From contig JAUCBJ010000506.1 in NCBI GenBank assembly GCA_032718475.1, positions 1 through 60,820 on the forward strand: DNA of 60,820 nt. The letters are read 5' to 3'. This document shows, piece by piece, positions 11,185 through 23,185 of the stretch. The notes under the pieces are model-generated. The model was not told the origin of the DNA, did not search any database, and worked only from the letters and a program-made list of their open reading frames with translations. The stretch is from Nemertoderma westbladi. Its lineage: Eukaryota; Animalia; Xenacoelomorpha. The first letter of the stretch is position 1, and each line of letters opens with the position of its first letter. The translations under genes and the position numbers were made by a program.

Positions 11185-11375
11185 GCAATGGTGTTCGCTG
11201 TGGTGATGATGAGTTGACATGGCTGGAGTTGTGTCATTTTTCCGAACCACTTATTGAAATATGATTTCTTCATTAGCGAAACTTGCGCTCCAGTATCGAT
11301 CATGGCCAGTGTTGATGATTTGCCACCTATGGTAACGCTGCACGTCACAATTTCTCCTGTGAAATCGTCGGTCAT
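11185..11375 (-). pseudogene. Retropepsin (aspartic protease) fragment, probably from a Ty3/Gypsy element
   Basis: VTIGG...AMIDTGAQVSLM...LIITTAN motif. Confidence 0.75.
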
Positions 11376-12172
11376 TTTGTGCTGTGTAAATGGCTTTAGG
11401 CCCTAGGTTTGGGTCAGTTGGTCTCCTTACCGGGTATGGGTTCTGGGTTAGCTAGTGTTATCAAAAATACTAGAGTTAAATGGCCATCATACGCATCAAT
11501 TATATTTAATTTACAAGTTTACATATGCATCAAAAACGCAAACTTCATTTTTATTTTGATAAAAGAACAAAACTCTCAAACAGCTCAAATCTCAAATGAT
11601 TGGGACAATCAGTTTGTTTTATTCATTCAGAGATATCGATCCTGAGGAGCATTATTATAATGGATTACTATAAGATGAGGCAATATATGTAACTCTTTTA
11701 TTGGGGGTGATCTTCCTTTAAGTTTATACATAACAACCCCCTGTTAGTCAGTATGTCGTTAACATCAATTATCATAATACTGGATGACATCCTGAACAAT
11801 ATTTCAGAATTTACTTGTATTACCTTATTTATTAGTTACTAACCAATAGCTACAACAGTATCCCATATGAGAGACATGAAATCAGCAACACTAAGACACT
11901 GCAAGTAAATTGTTGTGGAATTCTGGGGTTGCATTCGACGCATTGTGAGAAATGAAAGTAAGTTTGTAATTGTGCCAACAACTGCCAAAACGAACATGCC
12001 AGTTGATCCTGTAAGAAAATAGGATAGTAATTGTGACTATTGCTGCCATAGAATTTATTGCTGGTATTTCATAATGCAAAATAATATGATTGCAATTTTA
12101 ATCAAAATTATTTTATTTATAACATAATCGGAATGTTTTGTAGATATACTATCAAAATCATCACCCAAAATA

Positions 12173-12916
12173 GGTATTGGTGAAAAATATCGAGAATTGA
12201 AAAATATCGTGAGTAAAAATATCGACAGTAAAAACATCGCGAGTAAAAATATCGACAGTAAAAACATCGCGAGTAAAAATAACAAGTATTGATAAATATC
12301 GCGATTAAAAAATTTCGAGAGTAAATATCTCGAGAGTAAAAATATCGAGAGTAAAAATATTGCGAGTAAAAATATTGTGAGCAGAACATTGCAGTGCATG
12401 GGGTACAGCAGTGCAAGTGCAAATAAATGGCATAAATACACGTTGGGTAGCCATTGACCAGAGTTATAGAACACGTGTAAGCTACCAATTTTGATAAATA
12501 TTTTGTTCTTGAACACATTTTTTTTTGTTCTAGAACATTTTTTGGAAAAATACTTATACATTATAATGGTAATTATAATCACATATTATCATACATCCCG
12601 TATTAAAAAGATTTTTACTCTCGAAATTTTTAATTTTGATATTTTTACTCTCGAAATTTTTAATCTTGATATTTTTACTCTCGATATTTTTAATCTTGAT
12701 ATTTTTACTCTCGATATTTTTCAACACTTGATAATTTTACTATCGATATTTTTAATCTCGATATTTTTACTCTTGATATTTTTACTCTTGATATTTTTAC
12801 TCTTGATATTTTACTCTCGATATTTCTACTCTCTTTATTTTTACTCTCGATATTTTTCAACTCTCGTTATTTTTACTCGCGATATTTTTCAGCTCTCGAT
12901 ATTTTTCAATATAGCC
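12173..12916. mobile_element. Mutator(MULE)-like foldback element with tandem-repeat arms and a 9-bp TSD
   Basis: Left arm repeats AAAAATATCGAGAGT, right arm repeats ACTCTCGATATTTTT; ends GG...CC; flanks CCCAAAATA (12164-12172) and TCCAAAATA (12917-12925). Confidence 0.75.
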
Positions 12917-13374
12917 TCCAAAATAAAAACAACACTATTCAAAATGTTAACAGAAAGTTAAAATTATTATTAAATCTACTGGAAGCAAAATGTGAGATTC
13001 AGTATGTAAAGGGTAAAAAGCAAAATATATAAATAACCAAATATGGTACATTTATTGTGTAACAAATGGACCTCGACAGACAGACTACAGCAGTGCTGTG
13101 AGCCATGTGTAGGTGGAAGGTAATTAACCATCGGCTAGCCATGCAGACAAGGCCAGCGGAATGTAATCAATCAATTGCAGCTGACTGTAATATAATAGAC
13201 AACATAGAAGCATAGGATATTCCAATTCTTCATTCCAAAAGTTAATATATACATCACAACCGCCTGTTAGTCAGTATGTCGGTACATTCAATTATCACAT
13301 ACGAGTGCAGCAAAGTACAACTGTTTACATCCTTATCAACAAAAAGTTGATTCTTAAACTTTAAAACGGTTTTA

Positions 13375-13880
13375 ACTGTAAAAAGGGCAGTCTTCATCCA
13401 ATGGCACAATGAACTCCGGGATGGTGTCGGAGATCTAGCAGTGCGCGCATTCAGACCATGTAATGTTGTCTGCGGGAGTACATGTCTGCGACATGGGAGC
13501 AGGGAGTGAACGGTCCAGCAGCTCTTCGGTGCGACGTTGGCATTTGGGGAGCACTAAACCCACAGACCCAGGCATTGATAGATATTCGTGTTGTAAACCT
13601 AGATGATGGGTCATACGTGGGTCACTCCCCATGTCTGTCTTCTTAGAGTTGGCTGAAGACGAGAAGAAGCATCTCTACGCAGATGATGTTTCGGCTCGGC
13701 GTGGTGACTTCTCTCCATTCGTGGCTTCCTGCAAAGGTTCTCGCACCGCAGTCGAGCTGAACCAGAGTACCGTTCGTGGGGTTGTCCCTTCAGTACGTGC
13801 CGATAGGCTGGGTCTGTACTCGAGTCCAGTTCGCGCTAATTCGTGGGGCCTCCCACTGCCTATGTGGCTCGATAACTAAG
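13375..13880 (+). pseudogene. Decayed C-terminal zinc knuckle/REL endonuclease region of a CRE-like non-LTR retrotransposon
   Basis: Frameshifted NCKKG..HNELRDGVGDL, DIRVVNLDDGSY and AEDEKKHLY...RGDFSPFV. Confidence 0.7.
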
Positions 13881-14835
13881 TTGAGAAACGGGCAGGGTTA
13901 CTGGGTGTTTCAGTGCTGCACTAATTGCAATTATTGCACATATTGCAATTCAAACAATTTATAGTAGCGGGTTCAACTTTTTAAATTTCCCTCTTTTACA
14001 AACAGTTAGCTGGGTGGTGGGTATCTCATATCATGTAAATTAGGGATAAATAACATTTGCTGTAAAGTATTAATAAATTATTATATTCATATGATTATTG
14101 CAGAATAAATACAAATACCACAAAAAGTTGTGTAAAAAACGTTAGCACCGCTTCTTCTTCTAAAATCGACTGTCCAAAAAAACTGTCCAAAAAACATATC
14201 AAAATATATTGTAATAATCTTGTAGCCAATTTAACTAGACATTCACTAAGCTTCATCTCTTTTGTGTGTGGAAAATCAACAATATCCTCAACCATGAATC
14301 TATGTCTATTATACGGTAAGCATACTGAATCACACAATCTAAATGCAGAAATTCTCCACATAATGGAAATTAAAATAATTAAATTCAGCAATTATTGTAG
14401 ATTGGGAAATTTGTTGATATGCCCTTCAAATTATGTAAGCAAATGCGAGCGAAGTGAGCATAAATTTTTAGGTATTTTATGTTTTTTTTATCAGGAGAGC
14501 TGAAAAGTAGCTAGTGTTGCTGATTAAAAAAGATTCGAACAAGACGATCAAAGTAAATCAATTTTAAAGTATTCGATTATTAGATATTTAGATGGACTGA
14601 TGCATTGTGGTTGTAATTTTATAGCTTGGCTGCCGGGTTGTGGTTCAAAAAAAATTAAATTTATGAAAACAATTTGTCATTTGTGTGCAACGTACATGAT
14701 AACCTAAGTCTGTGTTTAGGCCAATTTCATACAGTCATATTAATGTGACTGACAATAACAATAGTACAAAAAAGTTATCATTATAACCATTGACCAAACA
14801 TACAGAAGGCATAGTGTGCACTGTGCAGGGTGTTC

Positions 14836-15213
14836 CATTAATAGAAAAAACGCGAGCGAAAGCGAGCGGAATTTTTTAAACTGATGGAAACTTGGATCAG
14901 ATACATAAATGTTCGCTCTAAAGATGATGTTGATAGCCTTGTTGTTCACCCTACTCCCACTGGAACAACTACTGAGCCCAGGCGACTACTGAGGTTTCCA
15001 ATGAAGCTGCTAATGATCTCGATTCTGGTGCCTCATTATCTAACCCTTTGTTTTGTACTTTGTGTTTAGGTTTTCAAAAGTTCGCTCCATGTACTGCCAT
15101 AGGCGGCTGAAGATGTGTACCAGTATTCAGTCAAAAATACGTGCTATGCATGGGCTGGGTTTTCAATAATTCGCGACTGCCGCTGCGCCCCAGCGCGTAT
15201 TCCAACTAGGCTG
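14836..15213. mobile_element. Partial copy of the MITE family also seen at 36037-36442
   Basis: Shared AATAGAAAAAA..CGAGCGAA.GCGAGCG..AAACTGAT..CTTGGATCA block and TTCCAACTAGG end. Confidence 0.55.
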
Positions 15214-16149
15214 CCATGTTTCAGGATTGTGAACCACCTACCAGTACAGAAGTAGCAGTACCTGTACATGTTCCATGTAGATGCCATGGAAAAGGGAGAT
15301 GTCTCAATCAAGATTGGAGGAGATCTAAAGGGGGCGCAAGAAGTCGTAGAGGAGAGGGAAATAAAGGAAAGGGAATTTCGAAAAGTCGGGGGAAGAAAAG
15401 AGTCGGGAAGTCTAGAAGGAGGGGAAAAGGACGATAGGACGATTCATAAAATAAACTGATATTTTTTTTATTAAAGAGATTAATTTATTGTCAGCAATAG
15501 TATTTGAAACTTTTTTTTGATATTATGTAAAATATATTATAGCTACTAATAGAAATGACTAGCTTCTTGGTGAAATACATACATACAGTACAGTGCATGT
15601 ACAAAGGGGTTCAAAATCAACAATCCTATTTTTACATCTACGATTTCTGTTGTTTTGCATGTAAATACTTAAAATAGTAATTCAGTTATGAATTACTTTT
15701 TCTTCAGTTATGAAATACTTTTTCTCCTTTTTTTTGCATGTAATTACAATTTCCCTTTTCAAATGCATTGGTTTCTAGGTAGATTGCTGGTTGAATTACA
15801 ATTTTATAGTTTTTGGCCTGAAAGGTTTCTCTCAAATCTATATATTACAAGAGGAAAATCTGAAGAAAAAATTAGATATTTAATTGGCTTCATTGAGTAA
15901 CGAGAAATTCATTGAGTAACGAGAAACACTAAGAAAGAATAATATAATTGTTTCATACTATAAAGGTTCTTCAATTCCTGAAACTATATTAAACATTGGT
16001 CCAGTATATTCACAAGAAACCTAACAGGGCAGAGATGTAATTAGATGGATCCAGAATTTGTATTTTCGCTTTCAATCTTTAGTTACAAGCAGGTAAAAAG
16101 TGTCTCCAGTGATATTTCACCAGTTAATATTGCAGTTATTCTTCTATCT

Positions 16150-16410
16150 ATCTATAATCGGCCTGCTGTATTGCAGTTGCACTTTCTTTTGTTTCCGATG
16201 TTTTCGACAAAATTGCGCTGCCACACACCCTATCCCCCATGACTTTCGGGAGATTATCTGCATCTCCAAGGCCAGTGACCTGCAGGAGGCGTCTTAAGAA
16301 AGTCATGGGCTGTCCTCCTTGCTTATTAATCCAAACCAAGAGGCGGCCAAAGCCAAGATTGCGCACAGGCTGGTCCTCATCCCGAACGCAATATCCTGCG
16401 AAGATATTGC
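16150..16410 (-). pseudogene. 3' fragment of the RTE LINE family seen at 36920-39346
   Basis: NKQGGQPMTFLRRLLQVTG here versus NKHGGQPMTFLRRILKDTG at about 39150. Confidence 0.8.
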
Positions 16411-18619
16411 TATAAAAATTTTCCAGCGTTTATGACAACCTATTTCCGGTTTATTATTATTACTTTTTCACTTTCGATATATTTCCATTCAAACCAGCCT
16501 CCTAACCAACCTACAGCTGCACAGTACTACAGTAGCACTAAGTGGGATGAAACCATTTTCACTTTTATACAATCGCGGCCGTGTGAGTGAGGTGAATACG
16601 GCCGCTCCTAATACCGGAGGATCTATAACGTTATCCGTAATTCTGGGGTTTCCCATGGTAGCTCCTAAACTAGCCACTATTATTTCTTTATTTTCGAACT
16701 GGAGACGGGCAGGCCTATTTTAAGATTCTTAGCTTGGCCCTTTTTTTTTCATTCTATCTGTTTGACAGACGTGACGGACAATTTTCGTTCCAATTTTTGT
16801 CGATTTTAACATTAGGTTCTATGTAAACCACAAAAACCACGGGCGAAAGTACTTTTTTTTATCGTTGAAAAGTAAAGAGGGACACAAAATTAGATTTTTA
16901 CAGCTTTAAAAATAGGGGGTCCCTGACTTACTTTCCCGTCTATTGTCCGTCAAAGTTAGAAAAACGGACAAAATGACTTTGCGGGATCCACTACAACTCG
17001 GTTAATATTAATTAGTACGGGGACGAAAGTAACGCAGTTGGAAAGGGGAAGAGTGGTACTACCTTGGTATCGAATGGGGGTAAAATATTTATTAATATTT
17101 CGGGTGGAAAAAGGGGCCGTAACGTTGTCCGTTTTTCCCATCTTTTTTATATAATTTATATTTCCGAAATTTTTAATTCAAAAACGCGAGTAGGAATCCG
17201 CCAATTCTTTTTCGGAATGCATAAAACACCACAGGGGCTACGATCCTATCGAATGGGGGTACAAACAATATGTTGGCAAAAGGGTCCAAAAAGGGCCAGA
17301 AAATGATAAAATGTTTATAACTAATAACTTTTTTATTTTTGGCTCTACATGGTTAAGGTACATTTTATACGGTTAATATCGATACGGGGAATCCAAATAT
17401 TCGATTGGTTTTGCTGCACAAACGATATTAAAAAATAAGGGCCAATATTAATATTTTGCGTTTCAAACTCGCTGCGCGGGAACACGTCTAGCTCGAAAAC
17501 TACTCAAAGTCTGGGAGACGTATTTAAACATTCTTATAGAACGTTAAATTATCTATCTTTCAGCGTTAGTTACAACGCCGTAGCTATTATACAACTGGTG
17601 CGGCAGACGATCGTGTGAAATAAAATATTTATAAAAAGGGACGAATTTTTTTTTTTTTTTAATAAATCGCTTCTCTATTATAATTTAGCGTATTGCGCCA
17701 AAAGTACATTTAAAATGTAGTGAATTACCTCCGCTATCTTTTTTCTTAACATTTATAATTAAAATTACGAATTTTAAGGGTATAAAAATATCGCGTAATT
17801 TTGGCCCTTTTTTTCATTTTTTTTGGGGCCAAAAATGACCCCCTCTCAAAAGATAGAAAAAAAAATTACGGCAAAGAATATACCAATTTTAATGAATTTG
17901 GACCACCAGAACCGAAGTTAGAGCGATTTTAGAGAAAACATAAAAATATATTTTTTTTGCAAAAATTCAGAATGGGCTATATTGGTTTTCGAACCCGCGA
18001 ACTCAACTTCAATGTAACTCGATAACCAAGTGAAATTGAAATTTTCAAGTGACTATTTTTAAACATCAATAACTTCGGTTCTACTGGGCCGTTTGATCTG
18101 AAATCTTTTTCATTGGATAGAGGATAGATTGTAGTATGTGAAATAGGATACAACTTGGGAAAAGACGCATGTGCACTTAGTGCAAAATGCACTTAAATAG
18201 TGCACATTTTTTCGATATTTCAAACACTATTATTTCCAGTTCTATTCATCGTAGAATGTTATATTTTGGATTAAATTGTAGTTTAGAGTGATTTCAAGGC
18301 TCACCTTGAGTATTAAAGATGGACGACGTTTTTATTTATTTCAGCAGTTGTCTTGGTAATGCAGTGAAACCCACTGCATAATCCCTGCAATATACAGCTT
18401 AGCCCTATTCAATACAGTAGGTTTAACACACTGTTGCAACACTTTGGTAATGGTAATTTCGATAACACCACAGAACTTATAAACAGTTGTTTTAGAAGGC
18501 TGTGAAAAATGCCCCTGTGAATCGAATGTGATAATGAAGCAATGGGCGATTTATTGTGATTTACGAAATGCGATAAAGTTCATACGATTATCATGAGATT
18601 AATATTTTATTTATACCTG

Positions 18620-18845
18620 CAATTCAGAGTATTCGATTATAATGCGAATCTAGTCTTTTTTACACTTATGATTCAAAGCATTAGATTACAAAGCGAATCC
18701 TGTCTTATTTACGCATGCGATTCAAGGCTTTGGATTACAATGCAAATCATGTCTTTTTTACGCCTGTGATTCAGTGCATTAGATTACAATGCGAATCCTG
18801 TCATATTTACGCATGTAATTCAGAGCATTAGAATAACATGCGAAC
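18620..18845. repeat. ~49-bp degenerate tandem repeat, about 4.5 copies
   Basis: Unit approximately GATTACAATGCGAATCCTGTCTTTTTTACGCATGTGATTCAGAGCATTA. Confidence 0.85.
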
Positions 18846-19689
18846 CATACCTCCGCATTACTAATGTAATCCATAGTTTTGCCGAGTCAGCTCTCAGGGC
18901 AAATACCACACCCTGGATTGCCATTCCACAGGGTGGGTGTCACAGTGGAGTCAGATATGGGGCCCATCATATCTACTCTGGCGCACATGACCCACCATTG
19001 GCTGTGCAGCTCATCTGCTGGGTCATGCCCTGTACCCCTGCTGCCAGGTGCAGGTCGCAGAGAAGTGCAATCAGAGTGGACATGAGAACACTACTCCTGA
19101 CCAGCCATTGGTAGATCACCATCTGCCTGGCCAGGCCATATACCCCTGCAGACAAGTATATGGGTCCTTAATCCAGGACCAAGGGCGTCCTTATCCCAAA
19201 ATGAAGGGGGTCCTAGTTACAGGATCAGATTTGCCCTAGTAAGAGAAAGAGGGTCTATGCAGCTACAGGTGGCACCTCCTTTATGCTGCATGGAGGTGGC
19301 AAGTTTTCTTGATCAATGACCTAGAATACCTGACCTGAAATCATGTAGGAAATAATACGGCCTTAGAATAATACGGCCACAGGACTGACTGTGGTAATTT
19401 CTTCATCTGCTAGTGTCTGTCATACTGCACTGCTGGAATGTAGCCTACGACAGGAGGTAGATAGCCCACAGCGCTACACGAACAGAATATGTATAGGTCT
19501 ATTTGGAATTTACTAACTCTGTCAGAGTATAAACGGAAATATCTTTCAAGTTCTAACTTAAACAGTACCGGCAGACCGGTACGAATCAGACTGTAAAATT
19601 GTGCAGTAGTCTAATTAATGACTGACAGTTTTTATAAATGTAGGCCTACCTACTGTAGTCGGCGTAGGCCTACTGTAGTCCAGTCTGCC

Positions 19690-20948
19690 TGTAAAAGCTT
19701 CTGTGGGATATAACTGGCCCTTTTGCTTTGCAATCCAGTTTCCCCCCAGGTGCTGGAATACTCTAAAAAGCTCTCTAACTATATATATATCCCCCTCGCC
19801 CGCAAGGTACCGTTATAGGTGTTTTAACGGACATAAACGTCATTCTTCTATATGTGTGCTTTGGCGGCCATGGTAAGGCAAAAAACCCGCAATGCACCAA
19901 ATACCCTGGCACAGCTTAGCCTTGATGATTCAGATTACGACATCTAACAGCTGGTTGCTGACATGGAAACGGCCATTGGACACATGGTTCTTTGTTTAGC
20001 TTAAGCCAATCAGAGCGATTTTTTCTGTCGATGTGGAGATATTTAGCAGATCGTGCTAGTAGTGTTGAGTCTTACTGTTTTTTCTTGATACTGTTGTGTT
20101 GTTTGTATCTAGGCCAGGAACACCGGCTCTAGAGTCAACTCGTTTTCATACTTTAGAAGAAACATTAGTAGGCTTAAATTATAGAGCGTATAACTGTTAT
20201 CAGTGCATAACAATCAACTTATCTCAATTCAGTCTTACATTATCGGTTCAACATACATTATTATACTGCTGTTTACTGTTGTGTTTTGGTTGAATATTAT
20301 TTGGAGAACATCTATAAAGAACCCAAATTTCCCAATTTTCTTAATACACTACAGGTTAGAGAGACGGGTTATATATAGCGATTGCGACTTATATTATTGT
20401 GGTTTGTAGTGAATTTAATGCTATTTGATAAGCACTACATGAGTCCGTTGCTGTTCCCTTTATATATGATAAAATTCATTGACGGTCGGCAAATTAGTGA
20501 GCAGTATTGTGTGTTACCGGTAGTGTGCCTGATTGTGACTGATAACTAAGCATTTCCTAAAGAATGCGCCTCATACGTGAATCATAAGCCTTACAGACTT
20601 GCCGTTGTGATTAGTATAAGTCATATCTCTGTTTACCTAGATAGAGCGTGTTATCAGCGCTAAAGGAACTGTTAATATTTCCCGAAAGTGAATAATATTA
20701 GTCAGAAATTATTTATTAACGATCAATCGAATAATACAGTAAGCTTACACTGCAATAATAATCTAAGCCCTCAGAATCCAGTCTCCCGGGTATATCCAGC
20801 GGGTGAATGGACGCGCACTAGGCTGGCTTCTGCTAATGTTGTGTTTATTGGTATTAAATATTTGTCAACTTCTAAAGTCTATTTATAAACCAAAAGACAT
20901 ATAAATTTTGGCAGGTTAAACTGCTAAAGGTCTTCAAAAGCGCGTACA
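19690..20948 (+). repeat. 5' LTR (1259 bp)
   Basis: TGTAAAAG...CGCGTACA; nearly identical to 34398-35658. Confidence 0.97.
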
Positions 20949-20960
20949 ATAACAGTTATA
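20949..20960 (+). other. PBS position: no TGG; complementary to LTR 20189-20200 (candidate self-priming PBS)
   Basis: ATAACAGTTATA is the exact reverse complement of TATAACTGTTAT. Confidence 0.5.
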
Positions 20961-21014
20961 TACTTTATTGCAGTAAGCAATAAAGTTGAAAGTACCGGTC
21001 GACCGGTAAACCTG

Positions 21015-21140
21015 AACCAGTACTTCTGTAGGTCAGTAGGCCCAACTGCCAGAACCGGTACTGCTGTAGGTCCGTAGGTCCAACTGCCAGAACCGGTACT
21101 TCTGTAGGTCCGTAGGCCCAACTGTCCTAACCGGTACTTC
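21015..21140 (+). repeat. 38-bp tandem repeat (about 3 copies) in the BEL 5' leader
   Basis: Unit CCGGTACTTCTGTAGGTCCGTAGGCCCAACTGCCAGAA. Confidence 0.85.
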
Positions 21141-21360
21141 CAGTATAAGTACATTAGTATTATTCGATTTTGATTATTGTATACCGGTAGGTCTCGATAT
21201 TAAATCGGGGACGCCTGGTTTTTATTGGGATTTTACTTAGGTCTATTTCTGTCAGTTTTATTTCCTAGTAAGTTAATATTGAGCTGAAGACGTGTAAGTC
21301 TGCTCAGATTGTTCAGATAACTGTAGGCCGGACTGTTGTCGGATTGTTGTTGGGTTTGGA

Positions 21361-21890
21361 GAGATTACGGCGTGTGTAGAGTTTGTCCGATAGAGTGCCA
21401 GTTAGTAAGTTGGGGCAGCCATAGCTGTAAGGTCAATCCCCTCTTAAAGAATAAGTCGTACTACCGTGTTAGAACGCATACTAACTAACCATTTTGGAAT
21501 CTGCACATACTGTAGTTTATTTAGGCTTGACAGTATTCTGCCAGCGTTTAGGCCTGTGTTTATTTGTGTGGTCTGTTCAGGTACCGTAATAGTTATTACT
21601 CAGATATTTTGTAGGCTGGATTGTTGTCTAGCTATTATTAGGTCTGAAGAGATTGCTGCGTGTGTAGAGTTTGTCTGATAAAGTGCCAGTTAGTAAGTTG
21701 GGGCAGCCATAGCTGTAAGGTCAATCCCCTCTTAAAGAATAAGTCGTACTACCGTGTTAGAACGCATACTAACTAACCATTTCGGAATCTACACATACTG
21801 TAGTTTATTTAGGCTTGGTGGTAGTCTGCCAGCGTTTGGTTTGTATTTTGTTTGAGAATTCTGTACGGGTAGCGTAATATTTATTATTCA
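21361..21890 (+). repeat. 288-bp-period direct repeat (2 copies) in the BEL 5' leader
   Basis: GAGATT..CGTGTGTAGAGTTTGTC.. block starts at 21361 and 21649. Confidence 0.9.
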
Positions 21891-23185
21891 GAGTTTATGC
21901 GATTATTCGCAACATTCATGTCCCCAAGTTTATTCCTACAGTAATTGTGTTTGTTACACATACCGTTATAGTTAAATTAACCCCGGTACTACACGGACTG
22001 CTTGGCGTAGGAAAAGACTGGTGACTTTGTGCTCTGGTCACTCCAGCAGATGCCGTGGTTCTTTTAACTGTTCAAGTATATTTAACTACTGATTATTTGT
22101 TGTACCAGTACTTGTACCTAATTTAGGGTTTAGTGTACAGTGCTTTCCGAATGTAATTAGTGTGTAGGCAGTATATTTGTGTTGTAAAGTGGTTAATAGG
22201 CACGTTGGATCTGGTAGTCCGCGGTAATTAACTTCCAGGTAGGAACACTCCGTGATACATAACGTAGTACCTATAGCGATATGGCTATAGGTCGTCAGGC
22301 GGTGGTATTTTCCTATCTGGACAGTGCAATATATTTACTACTACTTATTATTTTCAAATACCGTAGTACCCTGTCCATCGTAATAACCAGAATTCTAACC
22401 CTTTGTTAGGCTGGTTTGTAGACTTCCTGTAAAATTACCCTAAAATTTCGTACGTAATATTTTTGTTGTGTTTAATTAGAGAATAAATCTCACCCGCATC
22501 GTAAGTAATTTGTAGTATTAAGTAACTTAGGTAAATTAGAATAATCTGTTTTAGTGTCCCATAAGTAGCACTCCACTGAGAGCGCACAGCTTCTGTGTAG
22601 TGACTCTCCCCAGAAATAATAACATTTATTTCAAATATTGACAAAACCCCTTTTAAACGGGTATATATATATTATAAATCAACTCAAACGATTTATAAAT
22701 AGTAGGCCTGCCATACAACAACTAGGTCTCAATATCAGTTGGACTACTGCTTAAATAACGGTAATAAAGTAAGTTAAAGTAACCAAGTAACCCTAAAATA
22801 TTCAGAAATTCAATTATTCTAAAATAATTGACATACCGGTATTTACCATAGGCTTATTATATTTATTTCTATAAATTTGGGCTGAAATCATACCGGTACT
22901 CTGTAATTAATTCTAGTTCATAATTATACTTATATATACTATAAGTGTAAGCTGTATACCGGTATTCACGATAGGCCTATTATATATTTATATATATTTG
23001 TGCTAAATTTATATACCGGTACTCTGTGACAAAACTAGTTTACAATACTTCTATATATTATAAGTGTATACCGGTATTCTAATATACTGCAATAAATTAC
23101 TGGTACTAGGCCAACGGTCATACTGAATTACTAGACTTGCTTTAACTGTAACTATAGCAGTAAGCATTCAACTGTATAGCTAAAC

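Noticed and set aside
12055-12961. ORFs of 133-175 aa with hydrophobic or YFYSR repeats
   Set aside because: Translations of the foldback element's repeat arms.
18620-18845. Regularly spaced repeats resembling a CRISPR array (also 21015-21140 and 55770-55893)
   Set aside because: No unique spacers, no cas genes, and a eukaryotic context; these are plain tandem repeats.
18879-19340. GC-richer, exon-like segment
   Set aside because: Stops in all long frames and no recognisable motif.
20096-20888. Short ORFs duplicated at 34810-35598
   Set aside because: They recur only because they lie in the two LTRs; no coding signal.
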